From a virus, in IMG/VR virus record IMGVR_UViG_3300045988_142892: 64,000 nt of DNA, one strand, 5' to 3'. Below are positions 7,267 through 16,956 of this stretch, in pieces. The notes beneath the pieces were generated by a model. It did not search any database and was not told where the DNA came from. It was given only the letters and a program-made list of their open reading frames with translations. Numbering within the stretch: the stretch's first letter is position 1; the number at the start of each line of letters is the position of its first letter. A program made the translations under genes and the position numbers.

Positions 7267-7466
7267 TACGGCCGTCGCCAAAATGGTAAGGCACAGGACT
7301 TTCTCAAAATCAGTTAAATGAGTTATATAATATGACGGGGTTAAGTAGTATTATATAAGTTCTGTTAGTAGGCTTCCGGTTCTATAAAACCGAGAATGTT
7401 GGTGCAAGTCCAACTTTTGAGCCCTGACTCCTGCATCTGCTGGTTCGAGTCCAGCCGGCCGTGCCA
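7267..7466 (+). tRNA. tRNA gene with about 124 nt of intervening sequence in the anticodon loop (Gln(TTG) the most likely reading)
   Basis: 5' half: acceptor acggccg, D-arm gcc-aaaatggtaa-ggc, anticodon-stem 5' cagga (7293-7297). 3' half: anticodon-stem 3' tcctg (7429-7433), variable catct, T-arm gctgg-ttcgagt-ccagc, acceptor cggccgt (perfect 7-bp pairing), G, CCA. The insert itself holds tRNA-like hairpins (gttgg-tgcaagt-ccaac; cggtt-ctataaa-aaccg). Confidence 0.55.
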
Positions 7467-7608
7467 CCAGAGTTCTGCTAAGTTATATATTTAATTAAGA
7501 ATTTGCTACTCTGAAAGAATATATAATGAATAAAAAATTGGGTCTAAATAACGCAGATAATCCGCTCTGGACCATAAATTCAATTTAAGGAGAAAAATTA
7601 TGATTTGT

Positions 7609-7718
7609 CGCACTAAAGAGCATTATGAAAATCGCATTGCGAAGTTGTATTCCCATAGTGAAGTTATGAATCAGCGCCTCATTAATAAGATGAAGCGAAA
7701 ACTCCGTAAGTTGAATTA
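7609..7718 (+). CDS. Small basic peptide (36 aa), hypothetical
   Basis: Strong RBS taaggagaaaaattatg; MICRTKEHYENRIAKLYSHSEVMNQRLINKMKRKLRKLN. Confidence 0.35.
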
Positions 7719-7728
7719 AGGAGTTTAT

Positions 7729-7800
7729 TGAGGGGTAGCATAGCGGCAAATGCGCTGGTCTCTAAAACCAGATAAGTGGGATCGACACCCACCCCCTCCG
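7729..7800 (+). tRNA. Amber suppressor tRNA (anticodon CTA, reads UAG)
   Basis: Acceptor tgagggg/cccctcc (pair 1:72 is U-C); D-arm gcat-agcggcaa-atgc; perfect anticodon stem ctggt/accag with loop ctCTAaa (anticodon 7762-7764); T-arm gtggg-atcgaca-cccac; no CCA encoded. Consistent with the many in-frame TAGs in conserved domains. Confidence 0.7.
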
Positions 7801-8034
7801 CGGTGCTAAAAACAAAACCTCCTCGTGGTAGCACTGGGTAATGCTAATTTGTTTATAAAGGTAATAAAGGCAATATGTATAAAAGTCATTGATAAGTCCT
7901 TTTATACGATAGGAAGTAGGATTAGAAGCGTCCATCTTTTAAAGAGCGAAATGCGGCGATCGGGTATTTCCTTGGTCCAGTAGACACACTATCGGAGGTT
8001 GTGGGTTAACCTAATTAAAACCCTCAAAATAAAA

Positions 8035-8397
8035 ATGTTTGATATTTATTTAAATTATTGCGAAGAAATTTTTGGTGGTTCTCATAAGTTTACCAAAAAT
8101 GGCCTTGGTTATGATGTTTTAAATATTCATAATAATCGAGATAATTTTAAAATTATACTTGCGGATAAAGTGCGGTTTGGAGAATATACTTTATTTCATC
8201 GTGCTTATGGAGCTAGACTTGATGGTTCTTATGAGTGGCATGTCCAATTAAAATCTAAATATTTAGATTTTCTAATTTATTGTGCTTTCGCGCATGATTT
8301 TAATAAATATAATAACATTCCTTATAATCGAGAAGATTATTGGCGTTTTATTAAAGATTATAAGAAATATATTTCGGAGATTAACGTGATAAGGTAG
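8035..8397 (+). CDS. Hypothetical protein; start uncertain; 3' end overlaps the tRNA-Tyr gene
   Basis: ORF MFDIYLNYCEEIFGG...; its stop codon TAG lies inside the D-loop of the tRNA-Tyr gene. Confidence 0.35.
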   Translation: MFDIYLNYCEEIFGGSHKFTKNGLGYDVLNIHNNRDNFKIILADKVRFGEYTLFHRAYGARLDGSYEWHVQLKSKYLDFLIYCAFAHDFNKYNNIPYNREDYWRFIKDYKKYISEINVIR

Positions 8398-8464
8398 ACA
8401 CCCCGGTCTGTAAAACCGGTGCGCTTAGTCGCTCGAGTGGGTTCGATTCCCTCATCTCCGACCA
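8375..8464 (+). tRNA. tRNA-Tyr(GTA), type II
   Basis: Acceptor cggagat/atctccg; anticodon arm ccggt-ctGTAaa-accgg; long variable arm tgcgcttagtcgctc; T-loop ttcgatt; CCA encoded. Confidence 0.7.
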
Positions 8465-8983
8465 AAGTATTTGGCAGTATACTTTATAGTAATCGCAAAA
8501 ACTGCTTATCGTACCTGAGTAAGTGGCAAGGTCGTAGATGGCGACGGCGTTGTTTATTTAAAACGATAGGTTTCTTTTCCTAACAGGCTGAAGAAAAGAC
8601 GTTAACCACAACGAAAGAGTGATTAAGAATAGGTAAGGAATATTTATATTAAAGGTGATTTGGCACTATTGTTAATTTTAATGTTGATCGGTGCGGAATA
8701 AGTAAGATTTCCTATTTAAATCTAACCAAATTGAATACTGAAAACAAACCGAGGAAATGCTCTTAAATGGAGTTTGATTGTTCTTTGATGGTGGAAGGAA
8801 GCGTAAGGCAACCTGCGGGTTAGCGTTTGCGGAGTAAAAGAACATGATGACAAAATTTAAGAGCATTTTTGTTTGCTTAAATAAGAGCAGTTAATGTGGC
8901 TTGACCGGCATCAAGCGCAAGGACCGAAAACCGCAATTTAAAATGCTTTTAGAAATTTTTAAGATAAAAAAGGAGGAAATTAA
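8465..8983 (+). ncRNA. ORF-free region of about 520 nt directly after the tRNA array; candidate large structured ncRNA
   Basis: No ORF of 60 aa or more on either strand, no promoter copy inside, several GC-rich imperfect inverted repeats (ggcgacggcg; gcaacctgcgggttagcgtttgcgg; cttgaccggcatcaagcgcaagg); ends at the RBS of the gene starting at 8984. Confidence 0.25.
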
Positions 8984-10506
8984 ATGTCATATTTTAATGC
9001 TAGTTTGGACTGTGAAAATGGTACAATATATTGCTCTGGATCAGTAGATCCTCCTGTCATTACATCAATAGAACTTTATATTCGTATTAAAATAAATGGT
9101 ATAGACTCTGGTTATATTTATGTTGGAAGCGGTTCAAACAGAATACGTTTTAATGAAGAGATTCCAAATTATGATCATGTTAACTTTGATAGTTATAATG
9201 ATTATGAATTAATAGTATTAGATGGTGATTTATATGAATTAGGTGCTTATACTCCTTGCACTGGTTCTTTTTATGCTTCATCATCGGGAGGAGGAGGAGG
9301 AGGCGGTGGATCGGGCGGAACTGATCCAATGTACGCTTGTTATGATGTTACAACTGGAAATTATATAAACGGTTGGACGCAAGGTAGTTTTGGTATGACC
9401 GCTCCCTCTTATGGTAGTAGTTATACTTATTTAGGATATTGCCCTGGTAATTCAGAATAGGAATGTTTAAATTATTATACTAATAATGGCACTACATGGA
9501 GTCAAGATTCTACTTATATAGTAGGAGATTGTAGTTATGTTATATTTTTTTATAGACAAAATTTATCTTATGCTTATATAACTTATTATTATAATGGAGG
9601 ATCTGGTAGTTATAATAATGGAGCTCAAAATGCTTTTTCAAGTACAACTCAACCTTGGAACATATATTTAGATACTCCTTCGCGCTCTGGATATAATTTT
9701 TTAGGATGGACAACAGACAATTCATCAGCTTATGTGAGTAGTCCTATACAAGCATATAATGGTTCAACTTATACATTATATGCTATGTGGTAGCGAATTT
9801 ATTATTATACCTATATAACCTATCACTATAATGGAGGATCTGGTAGTTATAGTGATGGATAGCAAGTAAGTTATTCAAGTGTCAATTCTAGTCGAACTAT
9901 TACTTTAGATACTCCAACAAGAGCAAATTATACTTTTTTAGGTTGGGGAACCAGTTCTTCTTCTGCTGATATTGGCACACAACTATAGGTGTCATCTACA
10001 AGCACTGTATATAAAACTTTATACGCAATTTGGCGTAGAAATACAATTATTGTAACTTATAATGCAAATGGAGGTTCTGGTGGACCCGGATCATAGACTG
10101 TTAATACCAATTCTTCTTTTAATATAAATGGATCTAATTTTCCAACAAAGTCTAATTATATTTTTAAAGGATGGTCTACATCGTCTTCAGCAAAAACTGC
10201 AACTTATAAAAAAGGAGCAACACCTTCAATTTCTACTGGTACATCTAATATAACTTATTATGCAGTTTGGTGGCCTGTATTTACTTGGAAAGATTATTCC
10301 AGAAGTGAAGCAAATACTTTCGCAGGATATATAAATACTTATCTAAGTAAATCAATCTCTTCTATTGATGACACAAATCCTCTGCGGTTAGTTATTTGGT
10401 TTAATGCAATAGCTACGGCATTAAACAATAATACTAGACTTGCATCAGGAGACGCAAGTTTTAAAGCACAATTAGATACTCTATTAACTGCATATAATAA
10501 TTATTA
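8984..10506 (+). CDS. Listeria-Bacteroides repeat (Flg_new-type) protein, probable virion or cell-surface adhesin; reads through 5 in-frame TAGs
   Basis: About four repeats of the pattern YNGGSGSY..G.Q....S......L.TP.R..Y.FLGW.T.......Y...Y.LYA.W; Gly-rich tract SSSGGGGGGGGSGG; TAGs at 9458, 9791, 9860, 9986 and 10094 all in frame; stop TAA at 10504; RBS aaaaaggaggaaattaaatg. Confidence 0.6.
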
Positions 10507-10513
10507 AAATTAA

Positions 10514-10542
10514 TTGGCCTACTGAGAATTTCAGTAGGCCAA
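10514..10542 (+). terminator. Rho-independent terminator
   Basis: ttggcctactgagaatttcagtaggccaa followed by tttttt. Confidence 0.6.
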
Positions 10543-10611
10543 TTTTTTATATTCATAAAGAATATTTTTTTATATTATTTAGAATGATGTAATAAAAGAG
10601 GAGGCAATAAG

Positions 10612-10884
10612 ATGTATACTTTAACACATCAAAATGGTAAAGTTAATTATGGATTAAAAAAATTCATAGTTGATTCTGTTGAAGATATTGAAAAAATTCC
10701 AACAATTTCATTGCTCCCTGGCAGTACTGCTTTTATTCCTAAATCATCAAAATTATATATTTATCAAGATAATAATACTTGGGTTGAACAAAAATCCAAT
10801 AGTAATAATGGTAGTAGTGGCGGAAGCTCCGAACCTTCTAATCCTGATAATACATATGTTTGGGATGGCGGTAGTATTGATTAA
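10612..10884 (+). CDS. Hypothetical protein (90 aa)
   Basis: RBS aaaagaggaggcaataagatg. Confidence 0.45.
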   Translation: MYTLTHQNGKVNYGLKKFIVDSVEDIEKIPTISLLPGSTAFIPKSSKLYIYQDNNTWVEQKSNSNNGSSGGSSEPSNPDNTYVWDGGSID

Positions 10885-10898
10885 GGAGGTGCGTTTAG

Positions 10899-12152
10899 TT
10901 GGCTGATGTTTATATGAAATCAAAATTTTATTTTAAACGCGGAAAGGCAGCTTCTTGGGCTGAAAAAAATGTACTCTTAGGCCCTGGTGAGCCTGGGTTT
11001 GAAATAGATACTGGTAGATTGAAAGTTGGCGATGGTATTCGCACTTGGAATGATCTTCCTTACCTTACAGAAAATGAAATAAAAAACGGAATAAATGATG
11101 TTGCTTATTTTATTGGATAGAAAGAATCTTTACCAGAAGATCCAAATACTAAAGAAGGTACAATGTGTTTAGTCGGTGAAGATTTTTATATTTATGATGG
11201 AAAAGAATGGAGAGAATTAAAAAGCAAATCTTCTCAAGGAACTATTGAAGTTATAAAAATAAAAGGTGAAGATCAAGAATCTTCTTCTGCTGATGAAGTA
11301 GAAATTAATGGAACAAAATATTCCACTATTGAAGAAGCTATTCAAAATACCACTAATAATGATACAATAATTTTGTAGAAAACAGTCAAAAATATTAACA
11401 TTCCAGAAGGAAAAAATATTAATATTGATTTAAATAATATCAACATCTTAAATAACGAAGACAATCCAGTTAAAATTAATAATAACGCTTCTCTAATTAT
11501 TTCGGGAGAAGGATGCGTTGAATGTAATAAACATGGTAAAGCATCTATTGAAAATAATGGAAATACAACTATTATAAATGGTGAATATAAGCGTTCTATT
11601 GATGAAAAAGGTAATGGATATTACGTAATAGTAAACCATGGCGAAATGTCTATTTATGATGGAATATTTTCTTCTCCTGGTGGATTATCTAGTATGATTG
11701 AAAATGGATATTATGATTATCTTTCTCAATACCATTTAGGCGAGTCTGCGGAATATCCTAAATTAATTATTAATGGTGGTACTTTTATTAATACTTATAC
11801 TACTATTAAAAATGATGATGCTGGTATTTGTGAAATTAATGGTGGTAATTTTTATGGTATGCTTTATAACGTTGGTAAAAGTTTAACTATAAATGATGGT
11901 TATTTCTATACTAATGATGGCTATGAAATTATTCAATGTAAAAAAAATAATGATGATATTAATGCTGGTATTTTAACTATTAATGGAGGAATTTTTGAAA
12001 CTACTTGCGATAAAATTCTTTCTAGTATAAATAATGCCGAAATTATTATTAAAGGTGGAAAATTTAATAAACCTCTACCCGAAGAATTTATTGCTTCTGG
12101 ATATAAACAAAAATTAGTAGATGGTTATTATAATATAATAAAGGAGGGATAA
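10899..12152 (+). CDS. Tail fibre protein (paralogue 1) with beta-helix-like repeats; reads through 2 in-frame TAGs
   Basis: Conserved N-terminal fibre motif KRGKAASWAEKNVLLGPGEPGFEIDTGRLKVGDGIRTWNDLPYL; track ORFs 10899, 11163 and 11646 share one frame; TAGs at 11118 and 11376; INGGTF / INGGNF / INGGIF repeats. Confidence 0.6.
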
Positions 12153-12153
12153 T

Positions 12154-12498
12154 ATGGCGTTTAATGTTATCTATGCAGATAAAAATAAAATTAAATCCAG
12201 CATTAAACAAGGTATTATTCCAAAAGAAAGCCTAATTTTAACAACTGATGAAAATCAATCAGAGGCTTATTATTATGATGATGTTGGTAAATTAAAATAT
12301 ATTACTAAAAAAACATCATTTAGTTCTTTACTGGAAGCTCGCATTTGGGTTGCTAAATACGACTATGAAGGTGAGATTATTTCAGTTTATGAAAATAATA
12401 AGTGGGTTCCCTATATTGTTGGTAAAAATCAAGTTATTACCGCTATTCAATACGGTCAAGATGATGATTATACTCTCATTAATGGTGGAAACGCTTAA
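12154..12498 (+). CDS. Hypothetical tail-fibre-associated protein (114 aa)
   Basis: Sits within the fibre cassette; C-terminal LINGGNA, the same tail motif as the C-terminus of the 13784-16870 fibre. Confidence 0.45.
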   Translation: MAFNVIYADKNKIKSSIKQGIIPKESLILTTDENQSEAYYYDDVGKLKYITKKTSFSSLLEARIWVAKYDYEGEIISVYENNKWVPYIVGKNQVITAIQYGQDDDYTLINGGNA

Positions 12499-12528
12499 TA
12501 TAAAAAAAAATAGGAGGATAATATATTT

Positions 12529-13767
12529 ATGGCTAGTAAGACCTTAAATACTCGCATCCAAATTCGCAATGACCTCGCGGCGACCTGGACTGAAAAAAAT
12601 CCTGTGCTCCTTAAAGGTGAAATGGGTGTCGAGACTGATACTCGTAAAATTAAAATTGGCGATGGCTTAAGTAAGTGGTCTGCTCTTGGTTATTCTGGGG
12701 CAGATGTTGCTGATATTGAAAAAGTTATTGCCGACAATCGTGATACTACCTATTCTTTAGAACCAGTTGCTGATCAAACTGATGCTCAAGCTCTTGGTAC
12801 AATTGAGTCTCCTAAAGATGGTGACACTGCCATTATTAAGCGTGTTATTTCTGGCGACAAAGCTTCTTATACCGCTTATGTTTATGATGGCACTTGGAAA
12901 GCAATGGATGGCAACTATAATGCTAATAATGTTTACTTTGATAAAGATTTGACTTATACGGCTAATATTGGCGTTAAGACTGTTCCCGATTCTGGCTCCG
13001 GCACTATTGCAGCTGCTGGTAAGAATGTTCAACAAGTTTTTGCTGATATTCTTGCTAAAGAAGAGAATCCTGTCACTACTCAACCTAGTGCTTCTATGAG
13101 CTCTTCTAATATTGGAGCTTATGAGGCAGGTACTGATGTAACTATTCAATACAGTATTTCTACCAATCCTGGTTCTTATACTTATGGACCTAATCCAACA
13201 GGTGTTACTTTCTCTGGTCATAAGGCTACTTTTAATGGTGAAACAGTTACTGGTGCTTCTGGAACCTTTACATCTGTTAAAGTTACTGATTCTACTAATT
13301 TAAGTATTAGTGGTTCTGTTGATTATTCTAACGGTGAAATTCCTGTGACCAATTTAGGTAATAACTATACTTCTGGTCAGATTAAGACCGGTACCAAGAC
13401 TCTTTCTAAGGGTACTTTGACTGGTTATCGTAACTGGTTCTATGGTTATAAAGCTGGCGGCGCTACTATTGATGTTTCTGCACTTGATTCTGCTAAGATT
13501 CGTGCTTTAAAGGCACAAAATGGTAGTTTCCCTGCTACTCTTAGTACAAACAAAATGCAACAGATGTTCTTTGCCATTCCAAAAGGCAGAAAAACTGAAG
13601 TGTCTGTTGCTAATAATGTTAATGGTGCTCCTTGTACTGTTACTAAAGTAACTGATGTTATGGTTGAAGGTGCTAATGGCTTTACTGCTGTTGCCTATGA
13701 TGTCTGGTATGTTAATAATGCAGCTGCTGACGGTGGCGCAAATACATATAAGATTACTGTTAAGTAA
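12529..13767 (+). CDS. Tail fibre protein (paralogue 2)
   Basis: N-terminal ATWTEKNPVLLKGEMGVETDTRKIKIGDGLSKWSALGY; Ser/Thr/Gly-rich beta-rich remainder; RBS aataggaggataatatatttatg. Confidence 0.65.
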   Translation: MASKTLNTRIQIRNDLAATWTEKNPVLLKGEMGVETDTRKIKIGDGLSKWSALGYSGADVADIEKVIADNRDTTYSLEPVADQTDAQALGTIESPKDGDTAIIKRVISGDKASYTAYVYDGTWKAMDGNYNANNVYFDKDLTYTANIGVKTVPDSGSGTIAAAGKNVQQVFADILAKEENPVTTQPSASMSSSNIGAYEAGTDVTIQYSISTNPGSYTYGPNPTGVTFSGHKATFNGETVTGASGTFTSVKVTDSTNLSISGSVDYSNGEIPVTNLGNNYTSGQIKTGTKTLSKGTLTGYRNWFYGYKAGGATIDVSALDSAKIRALKAQNGSFPATLSTNKMQQMFFAIPKGRKTEVSVANNVNGAPCTVTKVTDVMVEGANGFTAVAYDVWYVNNAAADGGANTYKITVK

Positions 13768-13783
13768 GGAGGATATATAATAT

Positions 13784-16700
13784 ATGACTCGCGAAGAATT
13801 TTTTGCCGCTAAAAATAAAGGCGCTTTATGGGATGTTGGCGTAAGTATTAACCGCACTAACCCACTGCCCCTTGATAAGAATGCGGTTTTTGATACTTAT
13901 GAAAATGCCCTTACTTATGCTAAAGGTGTTTTAGCTTATCCTGGTCAGTTTATCGCTGTCGTTGGCGAAGACGCGGTTACCGGTTATTTAATCACTGTTG
14001 CAGGTGGTGAAGGAGCTACTCTTGTTAAGCTCGCTCAAACTTCTGGTTCTGGTGATGTTAACGAGCAATTAAATGCTTTATCTACTAAAGTTAATAATAT
14101 CGTTAATGAAATTGGTAAAGCCTCTACAGATGGCTCCGATGCTACTGGTCTTTATAAACTTATTGAAGCTAATAAAAATGCTATTACTGTTTTAAATGGT
14201 ACTGTTCAGACAGAGGGTTCAGTCAAGAAAACTGTTTCTGATGAAATTGCTAAAGTTATTGGCAAAGCGCCTGAGACTTTTGATACTTTACAAGAAATTG
14301 CTACTTGGATTGAAACTCATGGTACACAAGCTACTGGAATGCAGACTGCTATTAGCAAACTTGAAACTATTCTTGAAGGTATTGGTGGCGAAGGAGAAAA
14401 GGCTACTGTAGTTGCTTATGTTACCGATGCTATTAATGCATTAAAGAATGGTGATATTAAAACTGCTTAGGATAATTTAGCAGCTCTTACCACACGTGTA
14501 GATGGACATGATACTAAGCTCGGTGAACTTGAAACTGCGATTGCTGGGGTAAAGGCTACTGCGGATGCAGCTGTTGTTGCTAACGCTAGTATCACTGGTG
14601 GAACAGCTACTAAAGTTACTTTTGATAGTAAGGGCTTAATTACTGGTAGTAGTTCTTTAGTTGCGGAAGATATTCCAAATATTGCTATCAGTTAGGTTGA
14701 TAACCTTTCTAGTGAGTTAAGCAAGAAACAAAATAATCTTGCTATTAGCGATAAATATAGTGAAACTACTTCTAAGATTGCTTCTATGAAGGATATTACT
14801 GATGCTTCTAATGCAATTCTTGGTGATTCTGCCACTGATACTGAAGCTTCTAATACTCTGGCTGGTCTTAAGAAGTATGCTGATAAAAAAGCTTCTGACG
14901 CTGAGTCTAATGCTAAAGCCGATACAAAGAGTAAAACCGATGCTCTTGATGCTCGTTTAAAGAGCGTTGAAGATGCTGTTGGTTCTACTGGTAGTGTTTC
15001 TGAAGCTATTAAAGCTGCTAAGGAAGAAGCTATTAATGCCGCTGCTACTGACGCTACAACTAAAGTTAATGCTGCTAAAACTGATATCCTTGGTGCAGAA
15101 GGTTATACTCATACTGTAAAGGATGCTTATGAATTAGCTGATGGTAAGACTACTATGGCTGAGGTTGAAGCCAAGGATTATGCTACCAAGAGTTATGTTG
15201 ATACTCAAGATGGCGTACTCAAAGGCACTGTTGCTGACCAAGATACCGAAGTTACCATTTATGGTGCTCGTAAGTTAGCTCAGAAAGGCATTGATGACGC
15301 AGCTGCTGCTAAAACTGCCGCTGATAATTACAATACTGCTTTAACTAATACTATCAGTACTGTTAAGAGCGATTTACTTGGCTCTACTGAAGATGATAGC
15401 ACTAAAGAAACCATTCGTGGCGCACGTAAGTATTCTGAAGCTAAAGCTAATGCTGTCCTTGGTACTGCTCAAGATACTGCTTCTGAAAAGACAGTTTATG
15501 GTGCATTCGCCGCAGCTAAAGCCGCACAGGACAAGGCTAATGCCAATGAAACGGCTATTGGTTCTGATACTACTACTGGTTCAGTAAAGGGTCGTATCAA
15601 AACTTTAGAAACCACTTCTGCTAGCTATGGCGCTCGTATTACTAAGAACGAATCCGATATTGCCTCTCTCGTTGGTAATATGTCTGGCGTCTTCCATTTC
15701 AAGGGCGCAGCAACTAAAACTGGTACTGAACTTTATGTAAGTGGCGCTCAAGTAGTTGAAAAAGCAGTTGGTGACGTTTATACCGTTGGCGAGGAAGAAT
15801 ACGCTTGGTCTGGATCTGCCTGGATTATGCTTGGTATTACTACCGATCTTTCTAACTATTATGATAAGAGCGCAATTGATAAAAAGATTGCAGGCTTCTC
15901 TGGGGCTTTCCACTTCAAGGGTGTTGCTAATCAATTCGATAATGTTGGTGCTCCTATTGTTTCTAATCCTGCTGAAGGTGACGTTTGGCTTGATAATGAT
16001 AATGCACAATGGGCTTGGAATGGCGAGAAATGGATTAAACTTGGTTTCTTAACTGATCTTACTGGTTATGCTACCACTGCTGAAGTTGATGCTAAAATTG
16101 AAGGTGCTCTTCAAGGACTTTATACTTTTAAGGGTGAAATTGAATCTCTTGATAATGTTGTTAGTCCAACCCGTGGCGACGTTTATGTCGTTCCTCAAAA
16201 AGATGGCTCTAAAAAGCAATATGCCTATTCTGGTGATGGCAACTGGGTAGAAATCTCTACTAATGTCGATTTAAGTGCTTATGCTTTAACTACTGCGGTT
16301 GATGAAAAGATCCGTGTTGCCAAGAATCAAGCAAATAATCTTGCTACTGAGCTTTCCGCCACTGCTGAAACTAATGCTAAAGCTTATACTGACACTCAGC
16401 TTGATACTCTTAAGGGTGGTTCTACTAAGACCATTAAAGAAATTCAAACTGTTGCTGAAAGTGCTCAAACTCAGGCTGGTACTAATGCTAACGCAATTAC
16501 TGCAATTAATACTTCTCTCACTGAGACTGGAACTGTTGGTAGAAAGATAAAAGCTAATGCGGATGCTATTAGAGCTATCCAAGAGGCAGATTATGCAAGA
16601 ATTACTTCTGAGAAAATCGCCCAGTGGGATGCTGCTCAACCTAATGTAATTGAAAAGATTCAAGTTAATGGCACTGAAATCGCAATTAGTGAAAAGACTG

Positions 16701-16870
16701 TTAATATTCCTCTTGCTACCGCAGCTCGCGCAGGTTTAATTATTAGCTCTGATGCTGAAAATGCTATTAGCGTTTCTGATACTGGTGTAGCTACTGTTAA
16801 TAATATAAATGTTAATAAATTAGTTCAAACCGCTGGTGATGAACTTATTCTTAACGGTGGAAATGCTTAA
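13784..16870 (+). CDS. Large tail fibre protein (about 1028 aa); reads through 2 in-frame TAGs
   Basis: Track ORFs 13784-14470 and 14786-16870 share one frame; TAGs at 14468 and 14693; long Ala/Thr-rich coiled-coil-like repeats (DTLQEIATWIETHG; repeated GAFHFKG...GDVW modules). Confidence 0.6.
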
Positions 16871-16888
16871 TTAAATAAATAATAAATA

Positions 16889-16913
16889 AAGAGGGGATTT
16901 ATTTCCCCTCTTT
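16889..16913 (+). terminator. Rho-independent terminator
   Basis: agaggggatttatttcccctcttt followed by a T-rich run. Confidence 0.65.
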
Positions 16914-16956
16914 ATTTCATATATATAGATATTTTTAAATATGGAGGTTCTTAAAA

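Noticed and set aside
4680-7428. Group I introns in the two interrupted tRNAs
   Set aside because: The inserts are only about 73 and about 124 nt, far below group I intron size. I do not claim they are ribozymes, only that the tRNA halves are unambiguous.
13784-16870. Treating the in-frame TAGs as true stops, as the standard-code track does, and listing the 13784-14470 and 14786-16870 fragments as separate genes
   Set aside because: Frame continuity, continuation of the domains across the TAGs, and the presence of a tRNA(CUA) favour read-through.
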